This document shows positions 50,634-60,762 of a stretch of DNA of 64,000 nt, one piece after another. The notes under the pieces are model-generated. The model searched no databases, was not told where the DNA came from, and saw only the letters and a list, made by a program, of their open reading frames with translations. The translations under genes and the position numbers were made by a program. The first letter of the stretch is position 1. Every line of letters begins with the position of its first letter. Origin of the DNA: Opitutales bacterium (GTDB taxonomy: Bacteria; Verrucomicrobiota; Verrucomicrobiia; Opitutales; JABSRG01); the NCBI GenBank assembly GCA_049599475.1, contig JBMYOQ010000013.1:23011-87010 (forward strand), written 5' to 3'.

Positions 50634-51371
50634 ATGATACCCTGCGCACTCATCATCCCCGCACGCCTTTCTTCACAACGGTTTCCTCGAAAGCTGCTTC
50701 ATCCCATCAAAGGCAAACCGCTCATCCTCTGGACGGCGGAACAGCTCACGTCGCCCCAAATCGAATGGCCTATTTTCTTTGCCGTCGAAGACGATGAACT
50801 CGCGGAGGTCCTTGAGGCAGCGGGACACAACGCCATAAAAACAGGAGTACACCCCAGCGGCACAGACCGCATCGCTGAGGCAAACCAGACGGTGAACGCA
50901 GAGATCGTGATCAACATCCAGGCAGACGAACCACTCACGAGCGTTCAACATGTGAATCTGTTATATCGCCTGATGAAAGATGGCGCGGACATGGCCACAC
51001 TCGCTCACCCCTTCAAACGATCAGAAGAGTTCCATAATCCGAACCGTGTCAAGGTGGTCCGCAACACACAGGGAGATGCACTATATTTTTCCCGTGCTCC
51101 GGTTCCATTTCCCAGAGACGGCAATCATGAGACCCTTCCGACAAACGCTTTACTACACCTAGGCATGTATGCCTACACAGCAAATTTCCTCGATGCATTT
51201 ACAAAATTGCCCCAGGGCGCACTCGAGAAGACCGAGAAGCTAGAGCAACTCAGAGCCCTAGAAAATGGATACCGCATACAGGTGGGCATAACCGAGGAAA
51301 TCGGATTCGGAGTAGATTCCCCGCAGGATGCGGCAGCTCTTGAAAAATTGCTGCAAGCGGACTCCGTGTAG
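50634..51371 (+). CDS. kdsB: CMP-Kdo synthetase
   Basis: IPARLSSQRFPRK, SGTDR, NIQADEP, ALYFSR, EKLEQLRALENG. Confidence 0.95.
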   Translation: MIPCALIIPARLSSQRFPRKLLHPIKGKPLILWTAEQLTSPQIEWPIFFAVEDDELAEVLEAAGHNAIKTGVHPSGTDRIAEANQTVNAEIVINIQADEPLTSVQHVNLLYRLMKDGADMATLAHPFKRSEEFHNPNRVKVVRNTQGDALYFSRAPVPFPRDGNHETLPTNALLHLGMYAYTANFLDAFTKLPQGALEKTEKLEQLRALENGYRIQVGITEEIGFGVDSPQDAAALEKLLQADSV

Positions 51372-51396
51372 CGCCAGTCGACCTCGACTCCTGCGC

Positions 51397-52566
51397 TCAT
51401 AACGCCAAATGAGCCATGAGGGCACACGCAAGCACAACCAACCACGGGGGTGACTTCGCGAATCTAAGAAAAAGAAATGCTGCTAATGCCAATACTCCGT
51501 GCGAAACACTCTGCACGCCGGCAGTTAAGACTGGATTATAAAACGCCGCCACCAGAACGCCGACCACGGCGGCATTTACCCCACGCAGCGCCCGTTTCAT
51601 TCGAGGTATAGACCGCACACGTGCCCAAAGCGGCATCACACCAAGAACAAGTAGCCACGCGGGCAAATAGGTAACTATAAGTGCCCACAGACCGCCGAGG
51701 GCACCACCCCAGCCCATATTCATTGCGGCTCCCAGATAAGCGGTAAATGTAAAAAGTGGACCCGGAATAGCCTGAGCAGCTCCATAGCCTGCAAGAAATG
51801 AATCCCGATTCACCCAACCCGTCTGAACCGTGTAACTATCCAGCAAAGGTAAGACAACATGCCCTCCCCCGAACACCAAGGAGCCCGCTCGATAGAAAGC
51901 GTCCCCAACACTCAAAAGCTCCCAACTCCAAAACCTCGACGCCAAGGGTAGCCCCAAAAGAAGCACGAAAAATGCAATCAAATAGGGAGCACCATTTCCC
52001 TGGTCAGCGTCTCCGGACGATCCATCTTCCACCACACCCTCATTCCGAAAATATATCGCCCCAATGATAGCCCCCGCGGTAATTGCAAAGAGCTGCAGCC
52101 AGGCAAAGGGAAACCATATGAGCGCAAGCGCCGCTAGGACCGCAATCGAAAGAGTCCCCCGGTCGTTACATAGTTTTTGCCCCATATTTAGGACTGCATT
52201 AGCGACCACAGCCACCGCAGCGACGAGCAAACCATCAAGCCAGAGCGCACCCTGCACGTCCCCCAAATGAGTAAGACCCAGCGCGAAACCAATCATTAAC
52301 AACGCCGCCGGGGCCGTAAATCCAAGCCATGCAGCGAATGCCCCGAGCACTCCTGCTCGCTTAAGACCAATAGCAAAACCGACCTGACTACTGCCAGGGC
52401 CTGGCAAGAACTGACACAATGCCAACAGCTCGGAATACTCTGCAGCTCCCAGCCATTTTCGACGCTTTACAAAAACATCCTCAAAATAGGCGAGATGTGC
52501 AGTGGGTCCCCCGAAGGCAATACAGCCCAGTTTGAGAAAGGCCCAGAATGTTTCAATAACGCGCAT
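51397..52566 (-). CDS. chrA: Chromate efflux transporter
   Basis: AFGGPTAH, CQFLPGPGSSQ, VFGGGHVVLP, AQAIPGPLF. Confidence 0.93.
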   Translation of the reverse strand: MRVIETFWAFLKLGCIAFGGPTAHLAYFEDVFVKRRKWLGAAEYSELLALCQFLPGPGSSQVGFAIGLKRAGVLGAFAAWLGFTAPAALLMIGFALGLTHLGDVQGALWLDGLLVAAVAVVANAVLNMGQKLCNDRGTLSIAVLAALALIWFPFAWLQLFAITAGAIIGAIYFRNEGVVEDGSSGDADQGNGAPYLIAFFVLLLGLPLASRFWSWELLSVGDAFYRAGSLVFGGGHVVLPLLDSYTVQTGWVNRDSFLAGYGAAQAIPGPLFTFTAYLGAAMNMGWGGALGGLWALIVTYLPAWLLVLGVMPLWARVRSIPRMKRALRGVNAAVVGVLVAAFYNPVLTAGVQSVSHGVLALAAFLFLRFAKSPPWLVVLACALMAHLAL

Positions 52567-52589
52567 CGGGCCCCTTCATCAAACGACTA

Positions 52590-53738
52590 TCAATCGAAAA
52601 ATTTTTTGGCCTTCTCAAAAAAGCCCTCTTCTACCGGATTCGCTGCGTCCCCACAGGCCTGGGCAAACTCTTCAAGCGCCTTACGTTGGTCGCGCGATAA
52701 CTTCTTCGGCACTTCGATAGTCACGCGAACAAGCAAGTCTCCCTTCGGCCCTCCTCGCAAACTCGGCATACCTTGATGGCGAAGCCTGAAAGTCGTCCCC
52801 GATTGAGTGCCCTCTGGAATCTTAAGATTCCCTTTTCCAAACAAAGTAGGCACGTCAATCGTTCCGCCCAACGCGGCCACTGTGAACTTTATCGGGATCT
52901 CCGTATACAGATCGTCACCACTGCGCTCAAAAATCTCATGCTCGGCGACGTGTATAATAATGTAAAGGTCGCCCGAGGAACCGCCGCGCGCACCGGCCTC
53001 ACCTTTTCCTGCAGAACGCAATCGTGAACCCGTTTCCACACCAGCAGGAATCTTTACTTTCACCGTGCTGGTCTCTTGCCTACGGCCCTCACCATTACAC
53101 GAACGGCAAGGATTGTCTATGATTTGGCCCTGCCCCTGACAGCGTGGACAGACCTGGCGAAATTGAATAAAGCCGCGAGAAGTCGTCACTTGACCGGTGC
53201 CTCCACAATCAGGGCAGCGTGTCGCTTTCGCGCCCGCCTCTGCACCCGAGCCTCCACAATCCGAGCAAGTCACATTGCGACGGTAACGAATTTCCTTTTC
53301 CGTGCCTTTTGCAGCCTCCTCTAGACTGATCTCAAGATCGTAGCGTAAATCAGCGCCGCCGTCACTTCCACGGCCGCCTCCGCCGCCTCCAAAGAATTCA
53401 TCAAAAATCCCTCCACCGGCGCCGCCGCCTCCGCCGCCGCCGCCGAAGACTTCGCGGAAAATATCAAAAGGATCATGTCCGCCTCCACCACGAGCGCCAC
53501 CCATGCCTCCTTGCTGGAAAGCGGCGTGTCCATAGCGATCATAAGCTGCCCGCTTTTCTGGATCCTTCAAGACATCATATGCCTCAGAAATCTGCTTAAA
53601 TTTCTCTTCCGCCGCCGAATCCCCTGGATTCTTGTCCGGGTGATATTTGACCGCCAACTTGCGGTAGGCGCGCTTCATATCCTCCGGGGAGGCATCTTTT
53701 GAAACGCCAAGCAAATCGTAGTAATCTTCCTGAGCCAT
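52590..53738 (-). CDS. dnaJ: Chaperone DnaJ
   Basis: HPD motif, G/F-rich region, four CxxCxGxG repeats. Confidence 0.98.
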   Translation of the reverse strand: MAQEDYYDLLGVSKDASPEDMKRAYRKLAVKYHPDKNPGDSAAEEKFKQISEAYDVLKDPEKRAAYDRYGHAAFQQGGMGGARGGGGHDPFDIFREVFGGGGGGGGAGGGIFDEFFGGGGGGRGSDGGADLRYDLEISLEEAAKGTEKEIRYRRNVTCSDCGGSGAEAGAKATRCPDCGGTGQVTTSRGFIQFRQVCPRCQGQGQIIDNPCRSCNGEGRRQETSTVKVKIPAGVETGSRLRSAGKGEAGARGGSSGDLYIIIHVAEHEIFERSGDDLYTEIPIKFTVAALGGTIDVPTLFGKGNLKIPEGTQSGTTFRLRHQGMPSLRGGPKGDLLVRVTIEVPKKLSRDQRKALEEFAQACGDAANPVEEGFFEKAKKFFD

Positions 53739-53791
53739 GAGCTATTAGAGTCTTTTGAAAATTTTAAATCGATCCAAAGAAAGCCAAAAGC

Positions 53792-54382
53792 TTACTCAGG
53801 TTTTCCGCTAGATACCACTACAGTAGCCGGCCGTAACAAACGTTCGTTTAGCGTATAGCCGACTCGGAGCGTCTGGCATACGATTCCTTCACCATGCTCC
53901 TCAGAGGGCTGATTGGACGCAGCTTCATGCAGGTTGGGATCGAAGGCAGATCCTACAGGATCAATCGCGACCAGCCCAGACTCGCCCAAAATATCCTGGA
54001 TCTGCTTGGCAACCATCTGAAAGCCAAACGCAACCTGCTTAGCATCATCACTCTGATACTGCTCAGCCCCCTGAAGCCCCAACTTTAAGTTGTCGAGCGC
54101 AGGCAAAAGATCACTGATCAAATCCCCCTTAGCAAATTTGCGTAGATCGTCCTTCTCACGCGCCATGCGCTTACGGTAATTTTCATGATCGGCGGCAGCG
54201 CGGAGAAAACGGTTTTGATACTCAGCAGCTCTCGCCTCAGCAGTCGAGACACGCTGTTCCAAAGTTACTTCATCTTCACTCTCAGGAGCTTCAACGGCCT
54301 CTTCTACGACCGACTCCGCAGTCACATTCTCATCGACTTCTTCTACAGCCTCTTCGGTTGGATTCTTTGTATCGTCAGACAT
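53792..54382 (-). CDS. grpE: Nucleotide exchange factor GrpE
   Basis: RAAADHENYRKR, FDPNLHEA, GYTLNERLLRPATVVV. Confidence 0.97.
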   Translation of the reverse strand: MSDDTKNPTEEAVEEVDENVTAESVVEEAVEAPESEDEVTLEQRVSTAEARAAEYQNRFLRAAADHENYRKRMAREKDDLRKFAKGDLISDLLPALDNLKLGLQGAEQYQSDDAKQVAFGFQMVAKQIQDILGESGLVAIDPVGSAFDPNLHEAASNQPSEEHGEGIVCQTLRVGYTLNERLLRPATVVVSSGKPE

Positions 54383-54556
54383 CGCTAGTAGGTGATCTCA
54401 GTAAAAATTTAAAATTCGAAAGGGAGATCATGAAGCCCCTGCCTACAATTTCAAGCGCACAAATAAAGATCGAATCTCGCCTTGGATATTTCGAAAAACA
54501 ATGAGATCAGAGCATAAATCCTTGAATCACCACCAAACTACCTCATTTCTCCACAG

Positions 54557-55492
54557 ATGATCTTCATTCTCGGCGGCTCTGGATACGTCGGCCAGGCATT
54601 CTGCAAACTACTAGAAAACAAAGGCTTAGCTTACCGATCTATCTCGCGTAGCGACATCAACTACGCGGATGAATCGACACTAAGGCAGTGGTTAATACAT
54701 GAAAAGCCGGGGTTCCTGATAAACTGCGCCGGCTACACAGGAAAGCCAAACGTTGACGCATGCGAGACAGACAAAGCTCGTTGTATGGCCGGCAATGCAG
54801 TGCTCCCCGGCATTATTGATCTGGTTTGCCGCGAACTCGACATTTCGTGGGGCCACGTATCAAGCGGATGCATTTTCGGCGGAAGCCAGTCCGATGGCTC
54901 GGGTTTTACTGAAGAATCTGTCCCCAATTTCTCCTTCCGCACAAATAATTGCAGCTTCTATAGCGGCACTAAAGCGCTCGGTGAAGAAGCCCTCGGCTAT
55001 CGCGAAATAGATGGCAAATGGATAAATCCAGAGGGCGCCACGTGCTATATTTGGCGTCTGCGCATTCCATTCGACAACCTAGAGAGCCCGCGCAATTACC
55101 TCACTAAGCTTATGCGCTACAACATGCTGCTTGAGGCCACAAATTCCATATCTGAGCTTAGCGAATTTGTAGCATCCTGCGTAGAATGCTGGGAAAATAA
55201 ACTACCTTACGGGATTTATAATGTTACCAACCCGGGGCAAATCACGACCACTCAAGTCGTTGAAATTATTAAAAAGGTAGGCCTCGAGCACGAAACCCAA
55301 ACAGGCAGCAACCCATTTCCAACCGACTATCAGTTCTTCGACGATCTCGGAGAGTTCATGGCAAAAGCCGCGAAAACCCCTCGCTCCAACTGCGTCATGG
55401 ATTCGAGTAAACTAGAGGCAGCAGGCATTCAGATGACCCCTGTAGTCGAAGCCATCGAAACAGCTCTCAGAAACTGGATCGCGGAAAAGTAA
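54557..55492 (+). CDS. NDP-4-keto-6-deoxyglucose reductase, NRS/ER (epimerase-reductase)-like
   Basis: GGSGYVG, AGYTGKPNVDACE, SGCIF, FYSGTK, RNYLTKL; co-oriented with rfbB and rfbA. Confidence 0.8.
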   Translation: MIFILGGSGYVGQAFCKLLENKGLAYRSISRSDINYADESTLRQWLIHEKPGFLINCAGYTGKPNVDACETDKARCMAGNAVLPGIIDLVCRELDISWGHVSSGCIFGGSQSDGSGFTEESVPNFSFRTNNCSFYSGTKALGEEALGYREIDGKWINPEGATCYIWRLRIPFDNLESPRNYLTKLMRYNMLLEATNSISELSEFVASCVECWENKLPYGIYNVTNPGQITTTQVVEIIKKVGLEHETQTGSNPFPTDYQFFDDLGEFMAKAAKTPRSNCVMDSSKLEAAGIQMTPVVEAIETALRNWIAEK

Positions 55493-55505
55493 AAACACAC
55501 GGAAT

Positions 55506-56564
55506 ATGAACATCCTTGTCACAGGCGGCTGCGGCTTCATCGGCAGCAATTACATCCGGCTTATTCTCAACGAGAATCCTGAGGTCTCTATCGCGAATCT
55601 CGACCTGCTTACTTACGCAGGGAATCCGGAGAACCTCGCCGACATCGAGTCCAATCCGCGGTACACATTCGCCCAAGGCGATATCGGCGATGAGGCACTC
55701 ATTTCAAAGCTCCTTTCAGAACATGCCATCGATGCAGTTGTGAACTTCGCGGCCGAATCCCATGTCGACCGCTCCATCGATTCGCCAAAGCCTTTTTTCG
55801 AATCCAACGTCCTCGGCACCCTGGGACTTCTGGATGCTTCGCGCAAATACTGGAGATCTTTAGAAGCCTCCAAAAGAGAAAACTTCCGCTTCCTACACGT
55901 TTCCACAGATGAAGTCTTCGGCTCACTAAGCAATACAGACCCCGCTTTTTGCGAGACGACCCCCTACGCACCCAATAGCCCCTACTCGGCATCCAAGGCG
56001 GCAAGCGATCACATCGTCCGCGCATACTACCACACTTACGAATTTCCCGTGGTCACCACGAACTGCTCAAACAACTACGGGCCCTACCAATTTCCTGAGA
56101 AACTCATCCCTCTGATGATTCTCACAGCGCTCGAGGAAAAACCACTCCCCGTCTACGGCGACGGCCAGAACATCCGCGACTGGCTCTACGTCGAAGACCA
56201 CGCCAGCGGCATTCACGCAGCACTTGAAAAAGGAACCCTCGGCGAGGTCTACTGCATCGGCGGCCGCGCTGAGATGAAAAATATCGAGATTGTCCACACC
56301 CTCTGCGACATCCTCGACGACCTCCGCCCGCGCGCCTCCGGCAGCCACCGCGACCTCATCACTTTCGTAAAAGACCGCCCCGGCCACGACCGTCGCTACG
56401 CGATCAACTGCAACCGCATAGAATCCGAACTCGACTGGAAACAAAAAGAAACCTTCGAAACCGGCATCCGCAAAACCGTTCTTTGGTATTTAGAAAATCA
56501 AGCATGGTGCGATGATATTACCTCCGGAAATTACCAACGCCAACGTCTGGGAACTCAAAATTGA
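55506..56564 (+). CDS. rfbB: dTDP-glucose 4,6-dehydratase
   Basis: TGGCGFIG, AAESHVDRS, STDEV, YSASKA, DRPGHDRRY. Confidence 0.97.
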   Translation: MNILVTGGCGFIGSNYIRLILNENPEVSIANLDLLTYAGNPENLADIESNPRYTFAQGDIGDEALISKLLSEHAIDAVVNFAAESHVDRSIDSPKPFFESNVLGTLGLLDASRKYWRSLEASKRENFRFLHVSTDEVFGSLSNTDPAFCETTPYAPNSPYSASKAASDHIVRAYYHTYEFPVVTTNCSNNYGPYQFPEKLIPLMILTALEEKPLPVYGDGQNIRDWLYVEDHASGIHAALEKGTLGEVYCIGGRAEMKNIEIVHTLCDILDDLRPRASGSHRDLITFVKDRPGHDRRYAINCNRIESELDWKQKETFETGIRKTVLWYLENQAWCDDITSGNYQRQRLGTQN

Positions 56565-56719
56565 CCACGAATCTACACAAATAAAATTCTTAGAATAAAG
56601 ATGAGGGGGCTAGGCCATGCAAGGCGGAGCACCAGTCCACTATTGTAAACGCAAATCAAGATTCGCGAAATTAGCTTGATTCGCGGCCACCCCCCAAAGA
56701 GCCTCTCTTAATCTCTCCT

Positions 56720-57586
56720 ATGTCTCGTAAAGGTATCATACTCGCCGGCGGCTCCGGTACACGTTTATATCCGCTCACCATTGCGGTATCCAAACAACTG
56801 CTACCAATTTACGACAAACCCATGATCTATTACCCACTATCCGTGCTCATGCTAGCCGGCATTCGGGAGATCATGATTATCACCACACCGCATGATGCCC
56901 CACTCTTTAAAAAGCTTCTCGGCGACGGCAACCAGTTCGGCATCGAGCTGACTTACGCAGAACAACCTAAACCCGAAGGCCTCGCTCAAGCTTTTCTCAT
57001 TGCCGAAAAATTCTTGGACGGAGCACCTGCCTGCCTAGTTCTCGGCGACAACTTATTCTACGGCCACGACTTCCAAGATTTTCTAAGCGCCGCCAGCAAG
57101 CGCCGAGAAGGCGCTACAATCGCAGGCTATAGAGTAGCCGATCCCAAAGCCTACGGAGTTGTTGAATTCGACGAAAACGGTAAAGCCATCTCCATTGAAG
57201 AAAAACCCAAATATCCAAAAAGCGAATACGCCGTCCCGGGCATATATTTCTTTGATAGCCGCGCTTCAAGTTTTGTAAAAAATCACTCACCCTCTGGACG
57301 CGGCGAACTCGAAATCACAAGACTCATAGAGGACTACCTAGAGGAAGGCACTCTACAAGTAGAGAAACTAGGACGAGGTACTGCCTGGCTCGACACCGGA
57401 ACTCATGATTCACTTTTGGACGCAGCAGTTTTCGTAAGAGTATTGGAGAAGCGCCAAGGACTGAAAATTGCATGTCTAGAAGAGATAGCCAGAGACGCCG
57501 GATGGATAGAAAAAGCTCAAATCGAAATCCAAATCAAGAAACACGGAAACTCTGGATACAGTAATTATCTAAAAAGAATTCGATAG
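56720..57586 (+). CDS. rfbA: Glucose-1-phosphate thymidylyltransferase
   Basis: GIILAGGSGTRLYP, SKQLLPIYDKPMIYYP, RGELEIT, WLDTGT. Confidence 0.97.
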   Translation: MSRKGIILAGGSGTRLYPLTIAVSKQLLPIYDKPMIYYPLSVLMLAGIREIMIITTPHDAPLFKKLLGDGNQFGIELTYAEQPKPEGLAQAFLIAEKFLDGAPACLVLGDNLFYGHDFQDFLSAASKRREGATIAGYRVADPKAYGVVEFDENGKAISIEEKPKYPKSEYAVPGIYFFDSRASSFVKNHSPSGRGELEITRLIEDYLEEGTLQVEKLGRGTAWLDTGTHDSLLDAAVFVRVLEKRQGLKIACLEEIARDAGWIEKAQIEIQIKKHGNSGYSNYLKRIR

Positions 57587-57652
57587 ACCTTATAAAGTTC
57601 CTGCTCGATATTCTCGACGATTCAAAAAACAATAATTGCCCCTATTCCTACT

Positions 57653-58312
57653 ATGCAGATCAATATACCGACTTTTTACTGTAAAGCGGTTGTCTTTGAT
57701 TTCGATGGAGTGCTCCTGGATTCCGTAGAAACCAAGACTAAAAGCTTTATAGACTGGGTCCCTCCTGAATACGAGTCGCTCAGGAATTCGTTTTATTCGT
57801 ATCATATAAATGCATACGGAGTCGGGCGCAGAAAACAAATTGAGCATTTCTACACAAAAATCGCCAAGATAACTGTAAATGATGAAGAAATTGAGAGCGA
57901 AACCAATCGCTTCTCTGAAATCAATAGAGCAAACATTTTTTCTGCACCGTTATTTAACGACACCATCGATTTCCTAACCAACCTAACGAATTCTTCAATA
58001 CCCCTATTTATCCTTTCTGGGACTCCAGAAGGGGAGCTGAAAGAAATCACTGAAGACAAAAAGATAGCACACTTTTTCAAAAAAATTATCGGGACTCCAA
58101 CCTCAAAAATCGAAGGGCTTTCGAACATCATGAAGGAGAACGGATGGTCACCCGGTGATTTAATTTTCTTCGGTGACGCGCAGGCCGACTTCGATGCGGC
58201 CCATCACCACGGAGTAGAATTCATATACCGACCATCCAAGGCATCGAGCCCTTCACCACTCCCCAAAAACATAATCGAATCCTTTAAGGGCATAAGAATA
58301 CTCAAGTCATGA
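57653..58312 (+). CDS. HAD-family phosphatase
   Basis: FDFDGVLLDS, ILSG, FGDAQADF. Confidence 0.9.
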   Translation: MQINIPTFYCKAVVFDFDGVLLDSVETKTKSFIDWVPPEYESLRNSFYSYHINAYGVGRRKQIEHFYTKIAKITVNDEEIESETNRFSEINRANIFSAPLFNDTIDFLTNLTNSSIPLFILSGTPEGELKEITEDKKIAHFFKKIIGTPTSKIEGLSNIMKENGWSPGDLIFFGDAQADFDAAHHHGVEFIYRPSKASSPSPLPKNIIESFKGIRILKS

Positions 58313-59961
58313 ATTTACAAATATTAGACTGCACTATAAGAGACGGAGGCTACATAAACTCATGGCGTTTCTCTAAAAGATTCGTACAGGCACTGTATTC
58401 TGCAGTCTCTGAGTCGGGCTGCCAATTCCTTGAGATTGGTTTTATCAACCCTAAAGCTAAGAATGCAGAACCCTGGCAAAATCTAAGCGCTAGAGATATC
58501 GATTCTATACGAAACTGCCACGACGGAGGTTCCAAAATTTCAGTAATGATCAATTTTGGTGAGGCTTGCCTCGATGATGTACCTGACAGAAAAGATTTTG
58601 GTGCAGACATGATTCGGGTGGCAACCCCAAAAAAGAAGGCATACGAAGCGACTCAATTCGCGGCAAGACTCCAAGACAAAGGGTACGAAACGACCATCAA
58701 CTACATGGGAGTAAGTACCTACACCAACAGCGAGATTCATAAGCTAACAGAAATCATCAATGAATTTAAAAGCGCAGTTTCATACTTTTACCTAGCTGAT
58801 AGCTTTGGCGCGCTCCTACCCCATCGCACGCATGAGATTTTTAAATGCGTGAAATTTTGCACAGGTGCAAAACTCGGCTTTCATCCGCACAACAATCTTC
58901 AACTAGCCTTTGCGAATAGTCTGACAGCCATAGACGCGGGGATAGATATCATCGACAGCAGTGTTTATGGAATGGGACGTGGCGCTGGAAACCTTTTTAC
59001 CGAAGCAATCCTAGGGTATTTGTCTCAAAGGAGTGACCAGCAACATGATTTGCGGCCAATTCTCAACTTTTCGGACCTATTCATGGAGAAGATGAAGTCC
59101 AGCTATGATTGGGGATACTCTTTACCCCAGTTCCTCGCGGGATTAATCGATTGCCACCCTAATTACCCAACTAAGCTTCTCGATGAAAAGGGGTATACGG
59201 CGGACGATATTTATAGCCTGCTTAAGTCCATCGATCATGATGATAAACCGCGGTTCTCAAAAGATGAGCTGGAACGAGTACAGCAAGATTATCAACTTCG
59301 GATAAGAACTCGAACGGCTACTTCGATTACCACTAAGATGGAGAAACTCAGAGATGCACATGGTGCAAGAGCTCTGTTAATCTGCGGTGGTAGCTCTGTG
59401 AAATCCAGAATCGAAGAACTCAAAACTTATGCAAAAGCCAATAATTTATTAATCGTATCCGTGCATAACCCGAAGGCGCTATTAAACCCTGAAATCGTAT
59501 TCTTTGGTAACAGACGTCGCATTAGCCAACACTGCAAAGATGTCCAAACACACCAAGAACTCCTGATAGGGCCAGAAATTGCAGAGAAAGAACTGGAAAA
59601 TATCGAACTCACTAAAATTTCTAGAGTCAACTTCTCGAAATTTATTGAAGACAAGGACAACTCGTTCCCTTCAGTGCTCCCAAGAAATGCTGGAGTTGAG
59701 GCAATTGCAGGACTCGCGGAATCCGGATTCAAAGAAATTCATATATGTGGCCTAGACGGCTTCACAGGGGCAAACGATTTTTACTATGAAGAGCCTGATA
59801 GGATGGTAAGCGAAGATGCCATGTCTCAAGAAAACGGACGTATAGAAACCGAGCTAAAATGCCTGCATTCGCTCTCAGAAAAAGGAACATTCTCCTTCCG
59901 AATAATAACCCCTACCATATTTAATCAGTTTTTCAGCGCTCAAGCTCTACAAATCTCTTAG
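58309..59961 (+). CDS. DRE-TIM aldolase-like protein with C-terminal Rossmann-like domain
   Basis: LDCTIRDGGY, GFHPHNN, GMGRGAGN; C-terminal ICGGSS and GFKEIHICGLDGF. Confidence 0.8.
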   Translation: MNLQILDCTIRDGGYINSWRFSKRFVQALYSAVSESGCQFLEIGFINPKAKNAEPWQNLSARDIDSIRNCHDGGSKISVMINFGEACLDDVPDRKDFGADMIRVATPKKKAYEATQFAARLQDKGYETTINYMGVSTYTNSEIHKLTEIINEFKSAVSYFYLADSFGALLPHRTHEIFKCVKFCTGAKLGFHPHNNLQLAFANSLTAIDAGIDIIDSSVYGMGRGAGNLFTEAILGYLSQRSDQQHDLRPILNFSDLFMEKMKSSYDWGYSLPQFLAGLIDCHPNYPTKLLDEKGYTADDIYSLLKSIDHDDKPRFSKDELERVQQDYQLRIRTRTATSITTKMEKLRDAHGARALLICGGSSVKSRIEELKTYAKANNLLIVSVHNPKALLNPEIVFFGNRRRISQHCKDVQTHQELLIGPEIAEKELENIELTKISRVNFSKFIEDKDNSFPSVLPRNAGVEAIAGLAESGFKEIHICGLDGFTGANDFYYEEPDRMVSEDAMSQENGRIETELKCLHSLSEKGTFSFRIITPTIFNQFFSAQALQIS

Positions 59962-59962
59962 T

Positions 59963-60667
59963 ATGGATTCCTTTAAACTCGTAGCTCTCCTTCCGATGAA
60001 AGCCAACAGCGAACGGATCAGGGGAAAAAATTTTAAAGCATTCAATGGCAAACCACTCTTTAGGTGGATGCTAGACAAGCTTTACAGCATGCCAGAAGTA
60101 GAGCGTATTGTCATAAATACTGACGCGCGTCATATCCTTGCAGAGCACGGCCTCACCGAGGATAATAAGATCCAAATTAGAGATAGAAAACAGGAGCTTC
60201 TAGGCGATTTCACGAGCATGAATCGCATCATCGAAGATGATATCGGAGCAGTCGATTCAGAAGCATACTTAATGACACATACAACAAATCCGTTGCTTCG
60301 GGTTGAGACTATGCGAAATGCGCTGGCTCTCTATTACAGGAACGTTGGAAGTGGATTCGACAGTGTTTTTGCGACAAAGAAAATTCAAGGTCGATTCTAT
60401 GATTCAGAATGCAACCCAATAAACCACGACCCAAACGTTTTAACACGCACCCAAGATATCGCCCCATGGTTCGAAGACGTCTCCAATTTTTACTTATTTT
60501 CCAGGAGCAGTTTCAAATCTTCTAAAGCGAGAATCGGCTCATCTCCCAAGATGTATGTTATGGACCCAATGGAATCTATGGATATCGATGATATAGAAAC
60601 ATGGAATTTCGCAGAAATACTTAGCCGCCACAGCACCTCACAAGACTCCTTCAAACAATCCCTTTAA
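59963..60667 (+). CDS. Acylneuraminate cytidylyltransferase family protein
   Basis: PMKANSERIRGKN, INTD, THTTNPL, RTQD, DIDD. Confidence 0.9.
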   Translation: MDSFKLVALLPMKANSERIRGKNFKAFNGKPLFRWMLDKLYSMPEVERIVINTDARHILAEHGLTEDNKIQIRDRKQELLGDFTSMNRIIEDDIGAVDSEAYLMTHTTNPLLRVETMRNALALYYRNVGSGFDSVFATKKIQGRFYDSECNPINHDPNVLTRTQDIAPWFEDVSNFYLFSRSSFKSSKARIGSSPKMYVMDPMESMDIDDIETWNFAEILSRHSTSQDSFKQSL

Positions 60668-60762
60668 TTTGTTTGTCTGTTCTTTTTCACTGCTCATTAA
60701 TGCTAACAGAACACCTTTACCGCATGTAAAACAGGGCGATATATCACTTTTAATTCAAAATA

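Noticed and set aside
53370-53510. GCC/CCG microsatellite-like runs
   Set aside because: They encode the normal G/F-rich linker of DnaJ.
52590-54460. grpE-dnaJ without dnaK/hrcA or a CIRCE element
   Set aside because: Split chaperone operons are common; no CIRCE repeat was seen.
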